A stretch of DNA of 64,000 nucleotides from Nibricoccus sp. (GTDB taxonomy: Bacteria > Verrucomicrobiota > Verrucomicrobiia > Opitutales > Opitutaceae): the NCBI GenBank assembly GCA_047602425.1, contig JASGHG010000001.1, positions 4,320,001 through 4,384,000 of the forward strand. Direction: 5' to 3'. Within the stretch, counting starts at the first letter, position 1, and each line of letters begins with the position of its first letter. The notes below the pieces were generated by a model, which made no database searches, had not been told where the DNA came from, and saw only the letters and a list, made by a program, of their open reading frames with translations. Made by a program: the position numbers and the translations under genes. This document shows, piece by piece, positions 39,322 through 48,852 of this stretch.

Positions 39322-41223
39322 TTACTTGGCGGCGTAGCCGGCGGGCTTCACCGCGAGATATCCCTGCATTTCCTGGTGAAGCGCTGAGCAAAAATTCGTG
39401 CAATAGAAGGGAAACACGCCGGGTTTCTTCATCGTGAGCCGAATCGTTTTGGTTTCGCCCGGATCGATAATCATGTTCACGTCCTGCTCGACGATGCCGA
39501 GTCCATGAATCATGTCGGGCGTTTGCTCGACGTTGGTGACATGAATCACGAGTTCGTCGCCCTCGTTGGCGTCGATTCGATCGGGTGTGAAGTGACTGCG
39601 GATCGCGAGCATCTTTACCTCAACGACGTTGCCTTTGCGCGTGACGCCGGTGTCTTTTGCGTCCCAGACCGCGTTCGGATTAGTGTTCTCGGTTTTCGGA
39701 TAAACCTCGATCGGTTTGATGGCATCGGCCTTCAGGATTTGCGCGAAATGCGGCTCAGGTTCGGTGAAGGTCTCATATAACATTTCCATTTTCTTGCCGG
39801 AAATATCGATCAACTGACTGTCTTCGGGTTGACCCGGTCCGACGGAAAGATGGCGGCCTTTGGAGAGTTTGTTCATGGCCACCAAATATTTTCCATATGG
39901 CTGCGTTGTGTCGCTGCCGCCCACAACCAAGTGACCGATACTATAATGAACCGGGATTTTATCGAGAACGGCTTTGTTTAGGTCGGCGCGCTCCTCGGTG
40001 CTCCACGGCGGCAGCTTCCATTTTGTCACGACGGACTCGATGAAGAGAGAGGTATATGCGTTGCCCTGTCCGTCATATTGAGTGTGCAGCGGGCCGAGGC
40101 CGACCGGGACTTCGCCTTCGAGCGCGCTATCGTGACGGATGACCGGCACGCCACGGAATTCGCCCTCAAAATCTTTCTTCTCGATTGCGGCGAGGATTTT
40201 TTGGAAATCGAAAACCGACGCCACCGGCTGAAGCTTGCCTGATGCTACGATCCAACGGCCGGACGGATCGGTATCGATCCCATGCGGCGATTTTGGCACG
40301 GCCAAATAGTAAAGCACGCCGGGAACTTTGGCCGGGTCGATGACGGGCACACCGTCCATCACGGTGGTCTGCCCGGCTTTCATCGCCGCTTCGGCAGCAC
40401 GCCAATTCACCACAGCGGCGTAGTCGCGGTCCTTTTGGGTGGAGGTTGCCTCCAGTTGGTTGTGCGCCATCTCGCTGTTGTACGACGTCCAGAAAGCCCA
40501 GCCGTCACTCGGACCCTTGCCGGTGGAACCGAGGTCCCAATCGATCGGAGGCGTAAGAATCTGCCAGCCGACGCTCATTTCACCCGTATTGGAATCGACC
40601 TTGATGCCAGAAACCGAACCATTGAACTCCTTCTCATAGTCGGCGGGGTCGGCGTAGCGACCCTTGGGCAGAGGAACGGAGAAGCGCGTGGCGACCAGGA
40701 CGTATTCGGTGTTGTTCGTTACGAAGGAAGAGCCGTGGTTGCCCATTGAATTCGGGATTGGACCTAGGATCTGTCTCGTCTTGAAATCGCGGAGATCGAT
40801 GCGGGCAATGCGATTGTTGGCGTTGTCATTCACAAACAACCAACGGCCATCGTAGACGCCATTGGTTTTTGAAAGCCCCGGGTGATGCACATCGCCCCAC
40901 GTATAATCGCCGAGCAACTTTTTCGATTCCTCGTCGTAGCCATAGCCGGTGCCCGGGTAGCGGCCGAAAACTGGAATCGTCGAAATGTGCCGCATCGAGG
41001 GAATCCCAGCCACGAAGACCTGGCCCGAATGACCGCCGGAATAGAAAAGATAATACTCGTCCTTCGCGCCTGGTGCCACATACGTGCGAGCGGCGGCCGA
41101 ACTGGCATCCGCGTTCTTGTTTGAGGAGGAACTTGCGGATTTCCCGGGGGGATTGCAGCCAGCGAGGGAAAACGCTGCGACGGCCAAGCCGGCGGAAACA
41201 ACGAATAAACGGGGTGGTTTCAT
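39322..41223 (-). CDS. nosZ: Sec-dependent (clade II) nitrous-oxide reductase, predicted lipoprotein
   Basis: SGGHSGQ; CuZ His motifs DVHH, NHG, PHG, GPLH, IGH, EPH; CuA H...CTNFCSALHQEM; LAGC lipobox; no twin-Arg motif. Confidence 0.96.
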   Translation of the reverse strand: MKPPRLFVVSAGLAVAAFSLAGCNPPGKSASSSSNKNADASSAAARTYVAPGAKDEYYLFYSGGHSGQVFVAGIPSMRHISTIPVFGRYPGTGYGYDEESKKLLGDYTWGDVHHPGLSKTNGVYDGRWLFVNDNANNRIARIDLRDFKTRQILGPIPNSMGNHGSSFVTNNTEYVLVATRFSVPLPKGRYADPADYEKEFNGSVSGIKVDSNTGEMSVGWQILTPPIDWDLGSTGKGPSDGWAFWTSYNSEMAHNQLEATSTQKDRDYAAVVNWRAAEAAMKAGQTTVMDGVPVIDPAKVPGVLYYLAVPKSPHGIDTDPSGRWIVASGKLQPVASVFDFQKILAAIEKKDFEGEFRGVPVIRHDSALEGEVPVGLGPLHTQYDGQGNAYTSLFIESVVTKWKLPPWSTEERADLNKAVLDKIPVHYSIGHLVVGGSDTTQPYGKYLVAMNKLSKGRHLSVGPGQPEDSQLIDISGKKMEMLYETFTEPEPHFAQILKADAIKPIEVYPKTENTNPNAVWDAKDTGVTRKGNVVEVKMLAIRSHFTPDRIDANEGDELVIHVTNVEQTPDMIHGLGIVEQDVNMIIDPGETKTIRLTMKKPGVFPFYCTNFCSALHQEMQGYLAVKPAGYAAK

Positions 41224-41255
41224 GGTTGTGGTTGGTTCGTGTTGTTGGGACGTGG

Positions 41256-41777
41256 TTACTCGACAATCAATTCACCTTTCATGCCGACCTGTAGATGGCC
41301 GGGAAAGGCGCAGAGGAACGGGTAATGACCCGGCTGGGCGGGAGCGTAGAAGAGGATCGTGTCAGACTCCTTGGGCCCGAGGAGCTTGGTCGCAGCGAGC
41401 ACGCGATCCTTGTACGAAGCCGGAATGTATTCGGTGACGGCGGCATTCATCGCCTCGGTGGCAAACGCGTTCAAATCGGTCCCGATCGTGAGCAACACCC
41501 AATTGTGGCCCATGGAGAACTTGGGCACCGTTCCTTCGTTCGTCAGGGTGAGGGCAAGGGCTTCGCCCGGTTTTGCGCGAATTTCCGTCAGGTTAAACTT
41601 CATCGTGTCATTTGCCGTGATCAGAACGGCGCGACCGCTGGCGGGTTTGGCGGATGTTTCCGATTTTGGCGCCGCGGATGGAGGAGGTTGGGCAGTCGTG
41701 TTATCGCTCTTGCTGCAGCCGGCAAGAATGCACAGGGAGAGAACTGAACCGCCAAGGAGGAGTCGTGTTGTTTTCAT
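41256..41777 (-). CDS. Azurin/auracyanin-like type-1 blue copper lipoprotein
   Basis: LAGC lipobox, ND.MKF, MGHNWVL, FLCAFPGHLQVGMKGEL; ATG at 41777. Confidence 0.9.
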   Translation of the reverse strand: MKTTRLLLGGSVLSLCILAGCSKSDNTTAQPPPSAAPKSETSAKPASGRAVLITANDTMKFNLTEIRAKPGEALALTLTNEGTVPKFSMGHNWVLLTIGTDLNAFATEAMNAAVTEYIPASYKDRVLAATKLLGPKESDTILFYAPAQPGHYPFLCAFPGHLQVGMKGELIVE

Positions 41778-41792
41778 ATCGTAGTGCGATAT
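41776..41792. promoter_or_regulatory. Palindromic operator candidate overlapping the azurin start codon
   Basis: ATATCG-TAGTG-CGATAT. Confidence 0.55.
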
Positions 41793-41816
41793 TAATACCG
41801 AAACAGTCTCGCAGCC

Positions 41817-41830
41817 TTGATCCCCGTCAA
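41817..41830. promoter_or_regulatory. FNR/DNR-type box (nos side)
   Basis: TTGAT-CCCC-GTCAA vs consensus TTGAT-N4-ATCAA. Confidence 0.75.
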
Positions 41831-41874
41831 GTCGCCCTGAAATAATTCCTGGCCCTAAAAAACACCCCGCGTGC

Positions 41875-41888
41875 TTGACGCTCATCAA
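41875..41888. promoter_or_regulatory. FNR/DNR-type box (sco side)
   Basis: TTGAC-GCTC-ATCAA. Confidence 0.75.
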
Positions 41889-41922
41889 GGTGCGATGTCG
41901 TTTGCCCTGCCATAGTTCGAAA

Positions 41923-42765
41923 ATGAAACTGCGTTTCTTCCTCTTCCTCGCCGCAATCCTTCTTTGTTTGTCCCCGGCGCGTATGCTGGCCGGCGAAAAA
42001 GTCTACGACGTCACAGGCGTGGTGCGCGCGCCTCTCGATCAAGAAGGGCAGGTTTCCATCGCCCATGACGACATCCCGGGACTAATGCCGGCCATGACGA
42101 TGCGTTTTGACGTGATGGATTCGAAGGAAGCCGCGCCGCTCAAGGCAGGGGACCGCGTCCGCTTTTGGCTGCACGTCAAGGAGTCCGAGATGCGTGCTTC
42201 AGACTTCATTGTGACTGGCGCGGAAAAACTTTCTGGTGCCGAACAAAAATCGAAAGCAACGTCGACTCGCTTGCACGAGGGTGATTCGCTCCCGGAATTT
42301 TCCCTGGTCACGCAAAGCGGTAAGGCCATCACTGCGGCCAATCTCCGCGGACACTTCGCGGTGCTGACATTTATTTTCACGCGTTGCCCGCGCGTCGATT
42401 ATTGTCCGGCGATGGCTTCCCGCTTCGGAGAATTGCAGAATGCGATAAAGGCCGAGCCGAAACTCACCGGTCGGGTTCAACTTTTGAGTATTTCTCTGGA
42501 TCCCGAATACGACACGGCGGAAATATTAAAGTCCTATGGGGAGGCTCAACATGCTGACTTTGCAGTGTGGCAATTCCTAACGGGCAGTCACACGGAAACT
42601 TCAAGACTGACCAAAGCGTTTTCTGTCTTTGCCGAGCGCAATGGCGTGACAATCGACCACACCCTTTGCACGGCGTTGATTGATCCCTCCGGACGCGTGA
42701 CCCACATTTGGCGGGGGAACGGCTGGAAGGCGGAGGAAGTGCTCAAGGCCTTGAACGATCATTAG
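41923..42765 (+). CDS. CusF-like domain fused to a SCO1/SenC copper chaperone
   Basis: Signal peptide; IAHDDIPGLMPAMTMRF; TFIFTRCPRVDYCP, SISLDPEYDT, IDHT; ATG at 41923. Confidence 0.88.
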   Translation: MKLRFFLFLAAILLCLSPARMLAGEKVYDVTGVVRAPLDQEGQVSIAHDDIPGLMPAMTMRFDVMDSKEAAPLKAGDRVRFWLHVKESEMRASDFIVTGAEKLSGAEQKSKATSTRLHEGDSLPEFSLVTQSGKAITAANLRGHFAVLTFIFTRCPRVDYCPAMASRFGELQNAIKAEPKLTGRVQLLSISLDPEYDTAEILKSYGEAQHADFAVWQFLTGSHTETSRLTKAFSVFAERNGVTIDHTLCTALIDPSGRVTHIWRGNGWKAEEVLKALNDH

Positions 42766-43031
42766 CCTCACCAGCGCACCCTCGCGACCTGCATGACCGA
42801 GAGAATCGACAGCCGCCGGGTCGGCGTTGCGTGTCGGTTTTCCAGAGTTTCGTGTCGGCGAAATTGACAGATCTTCGCGTATTCAATCATGCAATACATC
42901 TGCGGAAGCGAGGAATTGTATGTGCAACTCTTGATCACAGAACCACGTAACAGAGTTGTTACGAAATGAAAAACCGCGGGGCACATGTTCTGCAGCTTTT
43001 TGGCGCGTCTTGATTCGTCAACGACACCACT

Positions 43032-43667
43032 ATGAAAAATACAAAACCCAGTTACTTCCTCAAGGGCGCCGCCCTGGCGTTTTCCTTGTCGTGTGTCAGC
43101 ACTGTGGCGCAGGCCAATAGCATTCATTTCCAAGCAGTTCTTTCTGGCGCGGCGGAGGCTCCGCCCAATGCATCGCCGGGCACCGGCTGGGCAGACGTGT
43201 ATTTCGACGATGTCGCTCAGACGATGCAGGTGGTCGTCAGCTTTTCCGGACTGCTTGCCGGAACAACTGCGTCGCACATCCATGCCGCCACCGCGGCTCC
43301 GAATACCGGAACGGCAGGCGTTGCCACGCAAACGCCGACCTTCACGGGATTCCCAACCGGTGTGACGTCGGGCACGTACGATCACATCTTTGACCTCACG
43401 CAGACCTCGACCTTCAACGGCTCCTATGTCACCGCCAACGGTGGCACTGCCGCTGGCGCGTCGGCTGCATTGGAGGCAGCGCTCCTTGGCGACCGAGCTT
43501 ATCTCAACATCCACAGCGGTCAGTTTCCGGGAGGAGAAATTCGCGGATTCCTGCACAATGTGCCGGACACAACGTCGACCCTTTTCCTTCTGTCCGCGGC
43601 GCTTGGCGGTATTGCTTATTTCGCCAAATGGCGCAGGATTGGCGTACCGGCCCAGACGCGCGCATGA
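43032..43667 (+). CDS. CHRD-domain protein with a VPDSG-CTERM-type exosortase signal
   Basis: LSGAAE.PP..SPGTG, ASHIH, AYLNIHS..FPGGEIRG; C-terminal VPDTTST + TM + KWRR. Confidence 0.88.
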   Translation: MKNTKPSYFLKGAALAFSLSCVSTVAQANSIHFQAVLSGAAEAPPNASPGTGWADVYFDDVAQTMQVVVSFSGLLAGTTASHIHAATAAPNTGTAGVATQTPTFTGFPTGVTSGTYDHIFDLTQTSTFNGSYVTANGGTAAGASAALEAALLGDRAYLNIHSGQFPGGEIRGFLHNVPDTTSTLFLLSAALGGIAYFAKWRRIGVPAQTRA

Positions 43668-43832
43668 TTTGTCCCTGAGTTGTGTTTGCAGTTGTGTTCC
43701 TGGCGCATGAGCGCCACGAGGGACGATGCTCCGCATCGTCCCTCGTCCATGTATAGGCGGGGCAATGAGGGTGGGGCGCTTGTCACGTGAGCTCGTTCCG
43801 AAAACCAAAAGATCGCGGGGCCTTCGGCGAGA

Positions 43833-44912
43833 TCAGGCGCGTACGGCCCAACGAAGTTTGGCGGAGGAGCTGCGTGGATTGGCCCGGCGTTCATCCGCTC
43901 CCGCGCGGATGATTTCGTCGTTCGTTGAAGAATAGATTCCGGAACGAAGCCCTTCGCGGAAGGCGTGCTTCACGCGGCGATCTTCACCGGAATGAAATGT
44001 GAGGATCGCGACGCGTCCACCGGATTTCAGGCAGGCGGGCAAATGCCGCAGGAACATATCGAGCGCGCCAAACTCGTCGTTCACCGCGATGCGGATCGCC
44101 TGGAAGACGCGCCGCACGCAATCATCGTCGCTCTCCGGATCGCGACGGGATTTGTGCAGATGGAGGATGGTTCGGATCGCGTCGGCCAGTTGCATGGTCC
44201 GGGTAAAAGGTTTTTCAACCCGACGGGCAATGAGTTCGCGGGCGAGCAACTCCGCGCGGGGTTCGTCGGCGTTCTCGAAGAGCGCAGTTGCCAGCTTTTC
44301 GGCGGAGATTTTTGCGAGCCATTCCGCCGCAGAGGGAGGACGCGTGGGATTTAACCGGAGATCGAGGGCGCTGTCGGTCTTAAACGAAAATCCGCGCGAT
44401 GGATCGTCGATCTGCATCGAAGAGACGCCGAGGTCGGCAAGGATGGCATTGGCTCCGTCGACACCAAGTTCCGCCAACACCTTGGGCAGGCCGGCGAAGT
44501 TCGAACGCACAGCGGTGAAGGCCTCCTCCGTCCAACCTGCCGCGCGCAGGCGGGCGATGGTTTTGGGTTGTTCAATTGGATCGACATCCAGACCGACAAG
44601 CCGGCCGCCCGGGGCGAGACGCATGAGCAACTCCCGGGCATGGCCGCCAAAACCGAGGGTGCAATCCACGACAAGTTCGCCTGGTTGAACCGCGAGCACT
44701 TCGAGGATCTCGTCCACCATGATGGGGCGATGAGTGCCGGCGGGGGTCTTGCCGGAGGCGATGACCTTGGCGACGTCGGCGGCGTAGCGTTCCGGGTTGA
44801 GCTCCTTGTATTTCTCCTCGAAGCGACGCGGATTTTTGCCCGAGTAACGCGGTCGGCGTTTGTGCGGCGTGGCTGGATTCTGCTCGGACGGCGTGGGTTG
44901 AGAATCGGACAT
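43833..44912 (-). CDS. rsmH: RsmH/MraW family methyltransferase, stand-alone with an N-terminal extension
   Basis: H.PIM..E, DCTLGFGGHA, DLGVSSMQ.D...RGFSF, FQAIRIAVN.E, TFHSGEDRRVK, NPRS.SAKLR. Confidence 0.88.
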   Translation of the reverse strand: MSDSQPTPSEQNPATPHKRRPRYSGKNPRRFEEKYKELNPERYAADVAKVIASGKTPAGTHRPIMVDEILEVLAVQPGELVVDCTLGFGGHARELLMRLAPGGRLVGLDVDPIEQPKTIARLRAAGWTEEAFTAVRSNFAGLPKVLAELGVDGANAILADLGVSSMQIDDPSRGFSFKTDSALDLRLNPTRPPSAAEWLAKISAEKLATALFENADEPRAELLARELIARRVEKPFTRTMQLADAIRTILHLHKSRRDPESDDDCVRRVFQAIRIAVNDEFGALDMFLRHLPACLKSGGRVAILTFHSGEDRRVKHAFREGLRSGIYSSTNDEIIRAGADERRANPRSSSAKLRWAVRA

Positions 44913-45028
44913 GACGGCGAAAGAATGACGTAGAGGGTTGCCGCTCTCGGCGCAATAGGCAGTCGCATGACGATGAATGAAACGCGTACCTTGCGCTCAC
45001 TGCGTTTTACTGCCACGCAGAGGTCCGC

Positions 45029-45646
45029 ATGAAGATCAAATCCGCTGAATTCGACCGCAGTGCTTCGGACCTGAAAACCTGTCCCAACTGGAACCGGCCG
45101 GAGTTCGCCTTCATCGGACGTTCCAACGTCGGCAAATCCTCGCTCGTCAACATGCTGGTGGAACGCAAGAACCTGGCGCTTGTTTCGGGCACGCCCGGCA
45201 AAACCAAGCTGCTCAACTTTTTCATCGTGAATGGCAGCTGGTGCCTGGTTGATCTGCCCGGTTACGGTTACGCGAAGACGCTGCAAACGAAGCGAGCGGA
45301 TTTCAACGAAGCAGTCGCTGACTATCTGGAGAAACGCGAGAACCTGCGCTGCGTGTTTGTTCTGATCGATTCAAACGTCCCGCCGCAGTCCATCGATTTG
45401 GAATTTGTGAAATGGTTGGGCAATGTCGGCTCGCCCTTCGTTTTAGTCTTCACCAAAGCCGACCGACAATCTGCCAATGCCACGAAGAACAACGTTGCCG
45501 CCTTTTTGAAAACGCTCTCGACGTGGTGGCCGGAACTGCCCGGCACAATCGTCTGTTCCGCCAAAACCACGGCCGGCCGCGCCGATATTCTCGCCGTGAT
45601 TGAAGAGAATCTGACCGACAAGGGCAAGACGACTGGGCTGTGGTAG
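45029..45646 (+). CDS. engB: Ribosome biogenesis GTPase YihA/YsxC
   Basis: GRSNVGKSS, PGKT, DLPGYG, TKAD, SA. Confidence 0.95.
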   Translation: MKIKSAEFDRSASDLKTCPNWNRPEFAFIGRSNVGKSSLVNMLVERKNLALVSGTPGKTKLLNFFIVNGSWCLVDLPGYGYAKTLQTKRADFNEAVADYLEKRENLRCVFVLIDSNVPPQSIDLEFVKWLGNVGSPFVLVFTKADRQSANATKNNVAAFLKTLSTWWPELPGTIVCSAKTTAGRADILAVIEENLTDKGKTTGLW

Positions 45647-45689
45647 TTCGCCTTTTTGCTTAGGTGACAAGCCGGATAAAAGGCCGTCC

Positions 45690-47495
45690 TTAGTTTCGCC
45701 CGACTGGCTTCAAGACTCTTGCTTTGGCGAGTTGGACTGGTTCAATGGCAACCTCATTTTCCTGATCCCGACGCGCGACGTTCGCACCGCTAACGAGGCG
45801 CTGCAAATCGTCGACGATCGCTTTCAACGTGACCGACTGCGCGTTGAGTTCCTCGGAAGCGCTCGCGGTTTCCTCGGCGCTTGAAGCATTGGATTGAACG
45901 ACTTGATCCATCTGGGCGACTGCGGTGGAGATTTGTTTGACGCCCTGGTTTTGTTCGCGACTGGCGGTGCTGACTTCCGCGACAAGTTCATCAACCTGAC
46001 GCACCTTCTCGACGATTTCCGTCAGACTGAGGGAAACTTTTTCGCTGATCTGCACGCCTTGATTCGTTTTGGCGATTGCGCCCTCGATTTTACCGGCGGT
46101 TTCACGCGCCGCTTGCGCGGCCCGTTGGGCGAGACTGCGAACTTCGTCGGCCACCACGGCAAAACCTGCGCCGGCTTCTCCGGCCCGCGCCGCTTCCACT
46201 GCGGCGTTGAGCGCGAGGATGTTGGTTTGAAAGGCGATTTCATCGATCGTCTTGATGATTTTGGCGATGTCATCGCTGGAAGCTTTGATGTCGTGCATCG
46301 CGGTCGTCATCACCTGCATGTCGATCGCGCCGGCATCCGCGGCTTTGCGGGCCTCGCGGGTCAAGTCGTTGGCTTTGGCGGCGCTCTCCGCATTGCGGTT
46401 GGTCACCCCATGCATTTCCTCCAGCGAGGCGCTTGTTTCCTCGAGGGAGGCGGCCTGTTCGGTGGAACCCTCGGCGAGCGTTTGGCTGGCGGTGGAAACT
46501 TGGTTGGCTGCCGCGCTGGTTTCGTTTGCCCCGGTCGAGAGCTGCTCGGCTGCGTGCACGATGGGATTGGTTATAGAACGGGCGACATACCACAGGAACA
46601 CAAGACCGACGACGAGGCTTCCCAAGCCTAGTGTGAGGTTGATTTTCCCCATGCGATTGGTTGAGGCGAGCATCTCCGACATCGGCAGGGTGGCGGCGAA
46701 GCCCCAACGCAGTTTTTCGCTCGTCCGGTACTGCACCATTTTCTCGATGCCTTCGTAGGTGTAATAGACTTCACCGTTTTTCTCCTTGAGCATGTTTTTG
46801 CCCCAATCGAAGTCGTCGAGTTTGGTGGTGAGGATCTTCTCGGGCTTGGGGTGGGCGATAAACACACCGTTTTGATCGTACATGTAAGCGTAGCCGGTTT
46901 GGAGGATTTTGATTTGTCCAACCACGTTTGCGCTCACCACCAGCATGTCGAGCGAACCGAAAAGCACTCCGCGCACGGTCAAACCATCCATCACCGGCAC
47001 GGCGATGACGACAATCGGTTTCCCCGTCGACTTGCTGAGCAACACATCGGAGATCGCGATTTTGCCGGCCAATGCATCCTTGAAATACTGGCGGTCGGCG
47101 ACGTTGAGTTTGCCCACGGAATCGGGGTTATTGGACGAAAGGGTATCGCCCTTGACGTCGACCAGCTGCAGATTGGCAAAAACGCCAAAGCTTTTGAAGG
47201 CATGTACAAGTTCCGCGCTGACCTGCTCGCGCATGGCGATGCCTTCCGGTGTCGATTGCGTGGCGGTCAGAATGTGCGCGCTGGCTGCCCAATGCGCGAT
47301 ATTTTGCTGCTGGCCCTCCATCCAGGTTTCCACCTGACGGAGACCGGAGTTACAGATGTCAGCCATCTGGGCGTCGAAAATATCTTCCAGTGACTGACGG
47401 CTTATTCCGTAGGAAGCGGCGCTAATGGAAATAGCGGCGACTGCGAGCAAACTCACTGTGGGAACGAGGATTCGATTGCGTAAGGTCCATTTCAT
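45690..47495 (-). CDS. Methyl-accepting chemotaxis protein with a dCache sensor
   Basis: TM-dCache (DRQYF)-[39 protein letters not shown]. Confidence 0.95.
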   Translation of the reverse strand: MKWTLRNRILVPTVSLLAVAAISISAASYGISRQSLEDIFDAQMADICNSGLRQVETWMEGQQQNIAHWAASAHILTATQSTPEGIAMREQVSAELVHAFKSFGVFANLQLVDVKGDTLSSNNPDSVGKLNVADRQYFKDALAGKIAISDVLLSKSTGKPIVVIAVPVMDGLTVRGVLFGSLDMLVVSANVVGQIKILQTGYAYMYDQNGVFIAHPKPEKILTTKLDDFDWGKNMLKEKNGEVYYTYEGIEKMVQYRTSEKLRWGFAATLPMSEMLASTNRMGKINLTLGLGSLVVGLVFLWYVARSITNPIVHAAEQLSTGANETSAAANQVSTASQTLAEGSTEQAASLEETSASLEEMHGVTNRNAESAAKANDLTREARKAADAGAIDMQVMTTAMHDIKASSDDIAKIIKTIDEIAFQTNILALNAAVEAARAGEAGAGFAVVADEVRSLAQRAAQAARETAGKIEGAIAKTNQGVQISEKVSLSLTEIVEKVRQVDELVAEVSTASREQNQGVKQISTAVAQMDQVVQSNASSAEETASASEELNAQSVTLKAIVDDLQRLVSGANVARRDQENEVAIEPVQLAKARVLKPVGRN

Positions 47496-47807
47496 AAAAG
47501 AGGCAGTATAATGTAAATTTTAGCTCTATGCCCCTTCCGCACAGCGTCATAGAAATTTGTTAAGTCACTTGTAAATTGGTTTGTTGGTTTAAGGCGGATA
47601 AAAGATTCGGCTTAGTATCGACCGAAACGAGTGCATCTGAAACGAAGATGACCGATGGTCGTTGATTGTAATCCCCCCTTATAGGGGTTTTGCCGGGTGC
47701 AAGGCTCTGCTTGCAGTCAACCTCCAAACGAGCGCCGCCGACCCGGCTCGCTTCGGTCTAGACACCGACTAGATTAAATAGTTGTTTCTGCGTTTTGGTT
47801 ACAGTCG

Positions 47808-47836
47808 AGCTCGCGACCCCGGTCGCGGGCTTTTTT
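47808..47836 (+). terminator. Plus-strand intrinsic terminator with no annotated plus-strand gene upstream
   Basis: AGCTCGCGAC-cccg-GTCGCGGGCT-TTTTT. Confidence 0.55.
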
Positions 47837-47902
47837 GTAGGTCATTGCGGTGTTCAGAACGCGTTGATGGCGCCCGCACTTGCTTTGCCCGCCGAAATAA
47901 TC

Positions 47903-48331
47903 TTACGCCAAGGGATAGTCAGCCGTCTCTCCAACTACTGTTATGGCTGAATCTAAATCGCATATTTTGCGTACTGTCCCGTGCAGTTTTTCGACGTCCG
48001 ACGTGGTGTCGATAAAGCGAAACAACTTCCAACTCCAACGGCGCTCTTTGGCTGCTGACACGGTCACGCACAAATCAAGTTCGTTTGTCTCGCCGATTTG
48101 AACGCCATAGATGCAAAGTCCGCACGAAAAGGGGAGGTCCGCGACCGTAACCCACCAGCCCCAGTCTTCACAGACTATCCGGGGCGCGCGATAGCCATGC
48201 TCACTCAGTCGCTTTTGTAGATAGAGCGCCAACGCCTTTCCATACATGCCGTCGTTTACCAATTCGTCCTCTTCGCCGGGCATGATCCCCAGGAAGGGAG
48301 CACGTATTTGAATGAATGGATTTTCAGGCAT
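47903..48331 (-). CDS. Hypothetical protein (cassette-like)
   Basis: 142-aa ORF with N.GMYGK.LA.YL and EDWGW motifs; co-oriented with the array. Confidence 0.7.
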   Translation of the reverse strand: MPENPFIQIRAPFLGIMPGEEDELVNDGMYGKALALYLQKRLSEHGYRAPRIVCEDWGWWVTVADLPFSCGLCIYGVQIGETNELDLCVTVSAAKERRWSWKLFRFIDTTSDVEKLHGTVRKICDLDSAITVVGETADYPLA

Positions 48332-48431
48332 GTTGGCGGAACGATCGCATGGATGTTACCCAAAGTAGTTTTTAGAGCACGTACAATAAAACTGTAGCCC
48401 GTAAATCGGTTTTGTGAACCGAGCTGTCTTC

Positions 48432-48502
48432 GTAGGGGCGCAGTCTTGCTGCGCCCTTTCTGTGGCAAAGTCAAACTGGGCGCAGCAAGACTGCGCCCCT
48501 AC
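48432..48502. repeat. REPIN-like doublet of GTAG-type REP sequences
   Basis: GTAGGGGCGCAGTCTTGCTGCGCCC (48432-48456) and its perfect inverse (48478-48502). Confidence 0.85.
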
Positions 48503-48852
48503 AGCCGGAGTTGTGCGGCTATGACATTTTCAAAAATGCTCTCAACCAAGGATTCAATTCATCCCAAATTTCGCGGGAGAGGTAACCACTTATTATCACT
48601 TATTGGCACTGATAAGAAAGATGCCGTGCAATTATATTGCTCCACGGCGTTCACTCCTCGGATGGCCGTCCTCTCTGGCTTAAGCGGCTTGCTATCAGTG
48701 AATCTTAGTGAAAATAAGTGGTTCAACTGCCGTTTTTAGGTTCATACCGTCAAAGCCGAAACGACACAACAGGAGGAAGATTAGAGCGCGGTTCGATTGC
48801 GAACCGCAGAGCTTCGTCCTGTTTGGTGCCTCTCAGCTCTTCACCGCATTCC

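Noticed and set aside
29773..43700. Prophage or integrative element at tRNA-Ala
   Set aside because: No integrase, phage genes or recognisable att duplication seen.
47614..47642. Possible sigma-28 promoter for the MCP gene (TTCA-N15-GTCGATAC)
   Set aside because: Several mismatches to the consensus; not supportable without a genome-specific model.
48510..48750. AT-rich stretch as an additional cassette gene
   Set aside because: Only short, interrupted frames on the minus strand; no recognisable product.
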